In this document: positions 37,744 through 44,480 of the stretch, one piece after another
Position numbering within the stretch: position 1 is the stretch's first letter
Layout: each line of letters begins with the position of its first letter
Origin: an archaeon
GTDB taxonomy: Archaea > Iainarchaeota > Iainarchaeia > Iainarchaeales > 0-14-0-20-34-12
Length of the DNA stretch: 44,480 nucleotides
Assembly: GCA_038046645.1 (NCBI GenBank)
Contig: JBBSVU010000002.1
Span: 34,995-79,474 of the forward strand
Reading direction: 5' to 3'
Translations under genes and position numbers: made by a program
The notes under the pieces: model-generated
The model's database searches: none
The model's input: the letters and a program-made list of their open reading frames with translations, nothing else
Told to the model about the DNA's origin: nothing

Positions 37744-38886
37744 TTATTTAGTTCTATGATTGCTTATATCATAAAATTCTTTTTGAAGTTGTATCTTTTT
37801 AATATTTAGCTTACTTAAAATTCTAAGAAATTTTATGGAACTATTGCCTTTGCCAAAGTAACTTTTTGGTGATAACTTTTTGTTTGCCGCAATTCGTATT
37901 GCTGGTATTATCTTATTTTTTTCATGAAACACTTTTATAATGTCTTTATTGGGGGAACGATTATTCTGACGGTTACCAATATCTATGGACGGAATACCAT
38001 AAACTTCAGCTTCACGTATTCCAGCACTGGAATTACCAATTATAAACTCACTGTGTTTTAATAATGTCAAAAAGTATTCAAAACGGATGGATGGAAAAAT
38101 TCTAAAATGACTATTCGATTTGAATCTATTAAACTCATTAACTATGATATCCGAACCTTTATCATTATTAGGTAATATTACAATATAGTTTTTTGTTGAT
38201 TCTATTAGAGCAGAAACTACTTCAGCTATGTTTTTACCTAAGTTTTCAATATCAGTAGTAACTGGATGATAAATAAACATAGCATATTTTTTAAAAGTTA
38301 TATCATAATGCTTTTTTACTTCATAAATTTTGGGAAGATTCTTTGCTTTCATTATGTCGATATCCGGTGAACCAATTACGTAAATTCGTTCTTTTTTTTC
38401 ACCTAACTGAATTAACCGATTTTTAGATTCTTGATTAGATACAAAATGCAAATGTGAAAATTTAGATATGGCATGTCTTATTGATTCATCAATTGTTCCA
38501 GAAATTTCTCCCCCTTCAATATGGGCCACCCTAATATTGTTAAAGGCTCCAACTATTGCTGCTGCTAATGATTCTATTCTGTCACCATGTATTATTATTA
38601 AATCCGGTTTTAATTCATTGACATAATTACTAAATCCTAAAAGAGTATTTGAGAGAACAATATCTGGTGTTGTAGATTCTGTTTGATTAATAAATTCATA
38701 AATATTTTTATAATTTTGTCTCCTTACTTCAGTATATGTTGAGCCATATTTGGAAAGCATATGCATACCTGTGACAAAAATATGGGGTTCATATTGTTTT
38801 GATTTTTCTAATTTATTTATTAACGCTTTTATCTTCCCAAAATCAGCTCTTGTACCTGTTAAAAATACAATTTTTTTCTTAGTCAT
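37744..38886 (-). CDS. neuC: UDP-GlcNAc 2-epimerase (hydrolysing)
   Basis: TGTRADFGK, TGMH, HGDRIE, HIEGGEISGTIDESIRHA and GNSSAG motifs. Confidence 0.94.
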   Translation of the reverse strand: MTKKKIVFLTGTRADFGKIKALINKLEKSKQYEPHIFVTGMHMLSKYGSTYTEVRRQNYKNIYEFINQTESTTPDIVLSNTLLGFSNYVNELKPDLIIIHGDRIESLAAAIVGAFNNIRVAHIEGGEISGTIDESIRHAISKFSHLHFVSNQESKNRLIQLGEKKERIYVIGSPDIDIMKAKNLPKIYEVKKHYDITFKKYAMFIYHPVTTDIENLGKNIAEVVSALIESTKNYIVILPNNDKGSDIIVNEFNRFKSNSHFRIFPSIRFEYFLTLLKHSEFIIGNSSAGIREAEVYGIPSIDIGNRQNNRSPNKDIIKVFHEKNKIIPAIRIAANKKLSPKSYFGKGNSSIKFLRILSKLNIKKIQLQKEFYDISNHRTK

Positions 38887-39913
38887 AAATCATCCCCCAG
38901 CTGATTTGTGTATTTTTTTTTACATTTTGATTTGCTTTTTTACCTAGAAGATTGTTATAATCTTTGGCCTTTATCTCACCAGTACCTGGTCTTTTAACCC
39001 AGATATTATTTTTTGTCATTATTTCTCCTTTTTTTATATCTTTAATTGAAACTACACAAGAATATGCAAAATTTATTGTAGGTTGTTCTTCAGGTAATAT
39101 CTCTTTTGTTCCTCCCAAAGCCCTATGTATAAATTCACTCCCTCTTATCAATTCTTTTAATTCGAATGGGTTTATTGAGATTGGGATATCTGGTCCTGGC
39201 CATAATTTATCTGAAGTGAAGTGCTTTTCGATAATTGATGCCCCAAAGGGAATTGAAGCAAAACAAGTGTAATTGCCAATAGAATGATCACTTAGACCTA
39301 CAACGATATCCGGAAATTTTTTTCTGAGCTGGGTTATTGCCCCTAATCTAACTTTTTCATAAGGGGTTGGATAGACTGATGTACAATGCAATAATGCATA
39401 ATTTATGTTAGCTTCCTCTAAAATAGCAACACTCTTAGATACACTTTCTAAACTGTTCATCCCAGTGCTCAATATAATGGGTTTTCCAAAGTTGGCAATG
39501 TGCTCAATAAGGGGATAATTATTACATTCACCAGAACCAATCTTGAAAGCAGATACTCCCATCTTATATAATTCATCCGCTGCAGCTCGTGAAAAAGGAG
39601 TACATAAATAAATTAATCCTAATTCTTCAGCATATTTCTTAAGTTTAATATGTTCTTCAACAGTTAATGAACATCTGACCATGATATCCCAGATGGATTC
39701 TTTTGCATTACCTGGAATTACCTCATTTTTTATCATTTCGTCTTCAACTATGTGCATTTGTAATTTAATACATTCAGCACCGCTTTCCGCAGCATCTTTA
39801 ACCATCCACTTAGCTTTCTCAAAATTTCCCTCATGGTTAATTCCAATTTCAGGAATTACAAATGGTTTATATTTTGGTCCAATCTTCCTTTTTTCTATAA
39901 TAATTTCTGCCAT
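38879..39913 (-). CDS. neuB: N-acetylneuraminate synthase
   Basis: EIGINHEG, VIPGNA, KIGSGECNNYP, LSTGM, HCTSVYP, SDHS, EKHFT and C-terminal SAF domain (KRPGTG). Confidence 0.95.
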   Translation of the reverse strand: MAEIIIEKRKIGPKYKPFVIPEIGINHEGNFEKAKWMVKDAAESGAECIKLQMHIVEDEMIKNEVIPGNAKESIWDIMVRCSLTVEEHIKLKKYAEELGLIYLCTPFSRAAADELYKMGVSAFKIGSGECNNYPLIEHIANFGKPIILSTGMNSLESVSKSVAILEEANINYALLHCTSVYPTPYEKVRLGAITQLRKKFPDIVVGLSDHSIGNYTCFASIPFGASIIEKHFTSDKLWPGPDIPISINPFELKELIRGSEFIHRALGGTKEILPEEQPTINFAYSCVVSIKDIKKGEIMTKNNIWVKRPGTGEIKAKDYNNLLGKKANQNVKKNTQISWGMIYD

Positions 39914-39983
39914 GACTGATATTCCCTACTATTTAAGGTTAAATATGCTTTTGTAATATTTTAAATAAGTGACATTAATAATA

Positions 39984-41051
39984 TTATTTTTTTGGTACAA
40001 AGTAACTACCCGCTAATTTCATATCACAGCGCTCAGTACATTTTAAGCCAGGTTTTAACTCAAAATGATTTTTTCTAAATTGAATGTATTTTTCACCATT
40101 CCAAATATCTAATAATGTTTGTTCCTTACTGTCTCCAAGAATTATTTCATTATTAAAATCTTCACTACACATAGCTATTTTTCCATCCGATTTTATAGAC
40201 ATTGAGGACCAGGGGAATTGACATAATTCACTCCAATGTATAGACATTGTTTCCTGTTTACTCTTTTCATACCATAACTGATCCAAACTTTTGAGGTATA
40301 TATAAACATCAAAATCTTTAAATTTTTCCACTAGTTTCTGGTATTCTTCCTGTTGATTTAGTCTGTCAAAATTAATCATCGTTATGACTATATTTGTTTT
40401 CAATCCTTCTTTTTCTTTTATCTCTAATATTTTCAAAATCTTATTATAAGATTCTGAAAAGTTAGAAGCTGGTCCTCTTATTTTCTTGTGTGTTTCATCT
40501 TCAACACTATCAATAGAATATTTCACATAATTCAATCCTGCTTTAAATATATCAATAGTTTTTTTCACATCTATATTAGCCGGATTACAACTAAAATATG
40601 TAGGTATTCCCCTATCTGACATCAATTTGACTCTTTTAGTCATGTCTTTATCTAACAAAGGGTCACCATAACCGTGTAACACAATTACTTTTGGGATAAT
40701 ATATAAAAAGAAATGATTTTCACTCATGCCCTTTCTTGGAATTTTATAATCTTTCTCCGCAAAATCTTGCCACCTATCCCATTCATCTTTTGCCCAAGGT
40801 CTTATTTGATTTATAATTCTTTTGAATAAATCCATATCCAATGTTTCAATTTTACGGGTCATCAGTGTAGTTCTTGGGCACATTTTGCATTGCATATTGC
40901 AAGCATTAGTTGTTTCAATATTATAAATTACGGGATCAGTACTTCGCATAGTTTCAAATTCCCTAAAGACATATTCCTTATCTAAATGCTCTAAGTTCAT
41001 AAGTTTCTTCTTTAACTCATAAACTTTCATATAAAAACGTATGTCGATCAT
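39984..41051 (-). CDS. Radical SAM/SPASM-domain protein
   Basis: CNMQCKMC motif plus C-terminal CQFPW...C...C..RC auxiliary-cluster cysteines. Confidence 0.9.
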   Translation of the reverse strand: MIDIRFYMKVYELKKKLMNLEHLDKEYVFREFETMRSTDPVIYNIETTNACNMQCKMCPRTTLMTRKIETLDMDLFKRIINQIRPWAKDEWDRWQDFAEKDYKIPRKGMSENHFFLYIIPKVIVLHGYGDPLLDKDMTKRVKLMSDRGIPTYFSCNPANIDVKKTIDIFKAGLNYVKYSIDSVEDETHKKIRGPASNFSESYNKILKILEIKEKEGLKTNIVITMINFDRLNQQEEYQKLVEKFKDFDVYIYLKSLDQLWYEKSKQETMSIHWSELCQFPWSSMSIKSDGKIAMCSEDFNNEIILGDSKEQTLLDIWNGEKYIQFRKNHFELKPGLKCTERCDMKLAGSYFVPKK

Positions 41052-41118
41052 ACATATCCAAAAATATACTTATAGACCACTAATATCCCTATTTTTACCA
41101 ACCCTTTTAAATGACTTA

Positions 41119-41793
41119 TTAAGATACTGTCCAGCCACCATCAATACAAAATACTGCACCGGTTGTATATGTTGAATCATCTGAGCATAAATATTTAACT
41201 ATCCCCGTGATTTCATCAACTTTCATCATTCTCTTAAGTGGAACATGTTTGGAATATTTCTGCTTAAATTTTTTTTGTTGAGTATTTTCAATCCCGCCAG
41301 GAACAACACAATTGACTCTAATGGTTGGGGCAAGATGCACAGCAAGATATTTTGTAAGCATAATTACCCCTGCTTTAGAGATACAATACCCTATATGTTT
41401 GTGGTTAGGGTAATACAAGGCAGGAATGGGCGAGCCCATTCCATATATGGAAGAAAAATTTACAATACTGCCTTCTTTATTATTCCTTGCAAATTCACGG
41501 CAAACTGAGAATAATGCAGTTAAGTTAACTCTAAAATATTTATCCAATGAATCTAATGAAATACTAAAAAGTGTTTGTTTCTTTCTATTCACAGTTATGT
41601 CGTCAGTACTTGCAAATAGATTTACCAAATACTTTGCTTTATTTTTTCTAAACCAACTTTTTACAAATTTTTCATCAGTTAAATCATGCCCTAGTTGTAA
41701 ATCTAGCTCCAATACCTCAAAATGATCTTTCATAGCATCAACGATTGTCTTTCCAATTAGCCCTTTCGATCCTGTAATTATTATCTTTTCCAT
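41119..41793 (-). CDS. SDR oxidoreductase (PtmA-like, typical of nonulosonate clusters)
   Basis: TGSKGLIG, SSIYG, YCISK (YxxxK) and IRVNCVVPGG motifs. Start ATG 41793. Confidence 0.88.
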   Translation of the reverse strand: MEKIIITGSKGLIGKTIVDAMKDHFEVLELDLQLGHDLTDEKFVKSWFRKNKAKYLVNLFASTDDITVNRKKQTLFSISLDSLDKYFRVNLTALFSVCREFARNNKEGSIVNFSSIYGMGSPIPALYYPNHKHIGYCISKAGVIMLTKYLAVHLAPTIRVNCVVPGGIENTQQKKFKQKYSKHVPLKRMMKVDEITGIVKYLCSDDSTYTTGAVFCIDGGWTVS

Positions 41794-41992
41794 CAAATCC
41801 CCCTTTAACGAGAATCTCAAATAATTATCATTAATTCTGTTTTATTAGATGATTAAATATATGACAGCATTTTACTCAGTATACTATATTTTATTAAGGG
41901 ATATTTTAAACTTACGTGTAGTGTAACTTTATAGAATTTCTTCCCAATTCATAAATATTTACATTTGTATTATTCGATTTAAGCTTTCGCTT

Positions 41993-42658
41993 TTATATCT
42001 TGTTAATTTTTAGAACTTGAAAACATTCACAATATTCTCCTTTCCCCATCATTATCCCCCTATATCTATTTAAGCATCTCACGGCTTCATCGTATTGAAT
42101 ATCATGAATCTGTGACTTATGTTGTTTCAATGCTTTAATTTTCAAATCAATGAATTCAGTAATATTTTCAATATAAGAAATTTCTTGTAAAGGAGTCCAA
42201 ATCTCATAGCATAAGATAGTTCCAACTTGCCAAGGCTCTCCGTTACATTCTTGGAACCATGAGCCACTTGCCCTGCTAATTGATTCTATAACCAACTCAT
42301 AAGTATTCATATGGTCTTTATGCGTGTCGTATTTATGGGGAATATAAATTATGTTTGGTTTTTTTTGTCTTATCAAATTAATAATTTTAACCAAATTCTC
42401 TTTGTTATATTCGAGGTATCCATCTGGATTTCCAAGGAAAATTATATCCTTAACTCCAAAAATTTTTACGGCATTTCTGGCTTCTTTTTCTCTTATCTTT
42501 ACGAGTTCATTTTTTGCATATTTTAAACTGCCAGCATCTCCCGAAGTCATATAAACAATTGTGACTTTGTTCCCTTGTTTAAGATGTTTTGCTATGCTTC
42601 CACCACAACCTATCACATCATCATCAGGATGTGGTGCAAAAACCAAAATTTTCATCAT
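41993..42658 (-). CDS. PIG-L family de-N-acetylase
   Basis: APHPDDD..GCGG, R..EA, HKDH and K..AL..HKSQ motifs. Confidence 0.92.
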   Translation of the reverse strand: MMKILVFAPHPDDDVIGCGGSIAKHLKQGNKVTIVYMTSGDAGSLKYAKNELVKIREKEARNAVKIFGVKDIIFLGNPDGYLEYNKENLVKIINLIRQKKPNIIYIPHKYDTHKDHMNTYELVIESISRASGSWFQECNGEPWQVGTILCYEIWTPLQEISYIENITEFIDLKIKALKQHKSQIHDIQYDEAVRCLNRYRGIMMGKGEYCECFQVLKINKI

Positions 42659-42795
42659 AAGTTATATTCTTATTAAGTTTATAAATGTTTTTTAACTTAG
42701 CACTATAGAAATTTTAACTAATCCAACCTTGAGAACATTCTTACTGACCAACAACAATCAAAAAAAAAGAAGTCATAAGCGCTGTCACATAATAT

Positions 42796-44184
42796 CTAAC
42801 TTTGTCTAAACCCCCTAAATGAAACATCCTTTTCAAAATATAACTTTTTAGCTTGCTCTAAGTAGTTCTTTTTTAAATCTTCGGAATAAGCTTCAATCAA
42901 TCGCTTATTAGCTGCATATAAGGCTTCATAAAATTGATCATCACTCAATTCAGTAAAATTTACGCACAATAAATCTGAATTTAAATGCTTATTTTCATAA
43001 AAATCAGCACAATCTTTTAATAATCCTCTTTTAATTGCATAATAATATAATGGCGAACCTGGATATGGAGTAACCGGCCTTATTGTTCTAAATTGGCTAT
43101 GGTCATCATATTTTAATAAAAAATTTACGCCATTCTCCAACGTTTGTTTATTTTCACCAATATTGCCAAAGATTATGTTATATCCCGGACTTATTTTAGC
43201 ATCTAAAGTATTCTCAATACCTTCTATTATTTGTTTTGTTGTTAATGATTTATTCATGTTTTTCAATATCTGATCATCCATACATTCTATCCCATAATTG
43301 ATAAAGACACAACCTGCTTTTTTCATTAAATTTAATATTTCGGGTTTTGCAAAATTTAATCTCCCTTGGCAATTCCATTTTATATTTAAATCTGCTTCCA
43401 TAAAACCTTTACACAATTCGTTTACTCTTTCTATGGAACTTAATAAAAGCTCGTCCGAGAAAACAAAGTAGGATATATTATATCTTTTTTTTAGCATTTG
43501 TATTTCTTCAATTATATTCCCTATCGAGCGTGTTCTAATTCCCTTATCCATCCTATAGCAAAAATTACACTTAAAAGGACATCCACGACCCGACAAAATA
43601 GGGAAACTTCTCTCATTTTTTTCCATGTGAGGGAATTGTAATAAGGTATAATGGTCCATAGGGAATAAATCATAAGCCGGAAATGGTATGTCATCAATAT
43701 TCTTTACCAAAGGGCGCCTCTGGTTCTGAATTATTTTACCATTTTCCATAAATGCAATACCCTTTACTGTTTTAAGTGGTTTTCCTGATTGTAGCGCATC
43801 CAATAGCTCTATTACCGTTTCTTCACCCTCACCTATGACTGCTACATCTGCATTTGTTTTTTTCAGAAAATAATTTGGTTCTGGTGAGACCAAATGCCCC
43901 CCTAAACAATAGGTTGGCCTATTTTTGGAATTGTTTATTGCTGCGGATATTTTTAATATTTCTTGGTATTGATAATAACCACCACAGGCACCAACCCCTA
44001 CAAAATCAAACTGTTCTTTATCTAAAAATTCAGTTAAATGTGATTCTTTCAAGTGGTAGACGTCCTTATTATAAATTTTCACAATATGACCTGCAACCCT
44101 ACATACTGCAGCGATATATGCTAAACCATGCGGAAACCAAGATATATGAGAACCATTATCATAAACTACTAACAATATTTTCAT
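42796..44184 (-). CDS. Cobalamin-binding radical SAM protein
   Basis: PHGLAYIAA, GGH, GEGE and GRGCPFKCNFC motifs. Likely start ATG 44184 (MKILLV); the ORF-track extension runs into IS sequence. Confidence 0.92.
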   Translation of the reverse strand: MKILLVVYDNGSHISWFPHGLAYIAAVCRVAGHIVKIYNKDVYHLKESHLTEFLDKEQFDFVGVGACGGYYQYQEILKISAAINNSKNRPTYCLGGHLVSPEPNYFLKKTNADVAVIGEGEETVIELLDALQSGKPLKTVKGIAFMENGKIIQNQRRPLVKNIDDIPFPAYDLFPMDHYTLLQFPHMEKNERSFPILSGRGCPFKCNFCYRMDKGIRTRSIGNIIEEIQMLKKRYNISYFVFSDELLLSSIERVNELCKGFMEADLNIKWNCQGRLNFAKPEILNLMKKAGCVFINYGIECMDDQILKNMNKSLTTKQIIEGIENTLDAKISPGYNIIFGNIGENKQTLENGVNFLLKYDDHSQFRTIRPVTPYPGSPLYYYAIKRGLLKDCADFYENKHLNSDLLCVNFTELSDDQFYEALYAANKRLIEAYSEDLKKNYLEQAKKLYFEKDVSFRGFRQS

Positions 44185-44198
44185 AATATCCTCAACCA

Positions 44199-44480
44199 GG
44201 CTCTGTAGAAATCCTTTATAAATAGGCATAAATAGGAGGATGACCTCCTATTTATTGTGAATGCCTATGAATGTTTTGTATCCTGTTGAATATAATAGTT
44301 TCTATAGGCTTGTTGAGCGCATTTGTTTTGAAGTTCACATGCGCATCAGCAAAAGCCTGTTTGAGAAGATGGTTAAAGCTTGTTATAAGTTACTGGACTT
44401 AAGAAATGTGGATGCCAGCATTGACGGAACAGGCTTTTCAAACACAAATCCATCCCACTACTATTGTGATAGGATAGACG
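44199..44480 (+). mobile_element. Left end of an IS5-like insertion sequence, continuing beyond the window
   Basis: Candidate terminal repeat GGCTCTGTAGAAAT at 44199, followed by a TATA element, a strong hairpin and a DDE transposase ORF. The right end is not visible. Confidence 0.65.
44261..44480 (+). CDS. IS5-like DDE transposase, 5' part (possibly internally deleted; not in ORF track)
   Basis: Manual translation MPMNVLYPVEYNSFYRLVERICFEVHMRISKSLFEKMVKACYKLLDLRNVDASIDGTGFSNTNPSHYYCDRID. IDGTGFS..S.YY..R matches the first catalytic Asp motif of archaeal IS5-like transposases. Confidence 0.75.
   Translation, partial: MPMNVLYPVEYNSFYRLVERICFEVHMRISKSLFEKMVKACYKLLDLRNVDASIDGTGFSNTNPSHYYCDRID

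Noticed and set aside
1..44480. tRNA, rRNA or CRISPR arrays
   Set aside because: No GC-rich structured RNA, cloverleaf or regularly spaced repeats seen in any intergenic region by eye. A covariance search was not run.

Overview
AT-rich archaeal chromosomal segment. GatE, uL10/P1, Spt5, FtsZ1-SecE, TATA promoters with leaderless starts and the style of the orphan proteins suggest a DPANN archaeon, probably Ca. Iainarchaeota/Diapherotrites-like (inference). From left to right: (i) an aromatic amino acid island with aroF-aroB-aroE (running off the left edge), trpEGDCBA (no trpF) and a divergent TrpY regulator; (ii) PHP phosphoesterase, APC permease, a small toxin-antitoxin pair, GNAT, NUDIX, PGI, cupin PMI and gatE; (iii) an orphan basic protein, an Ig-domain surface protein, an Smc-like ATPase and a membrane S16 protease; (iv) the ftsZ-secE-spt5-rpl11-rpl1-rpl10-rpl12 cluster and ribose-1,5-bisphosphate isomerase; (v) a more AT-rich glycan-modification island (neuBCA, radical SAM enzymes, formyltransferase, deacetylases) ending in an IS5-like element. 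Top candidate novelty: a 25-aa leader ORF missing from the ORF track (2719-2796, MMALQNKNAKDKGFFFGYFFSYGFW) upstream of the DAHP synthase operon. Nine of its last 12 codons are Phe/Tyr/Trp, it is embedded in mutually exclusive RNA helices, and it sits under a TrpY-type operator. This looks like a ribosome-mediated attenuator sensing all three aromatic amino acids in an archaeon. Second: an Smc with condensin-type heads whose hinge is replaced by a Rad50-like CxxC zinc hook.
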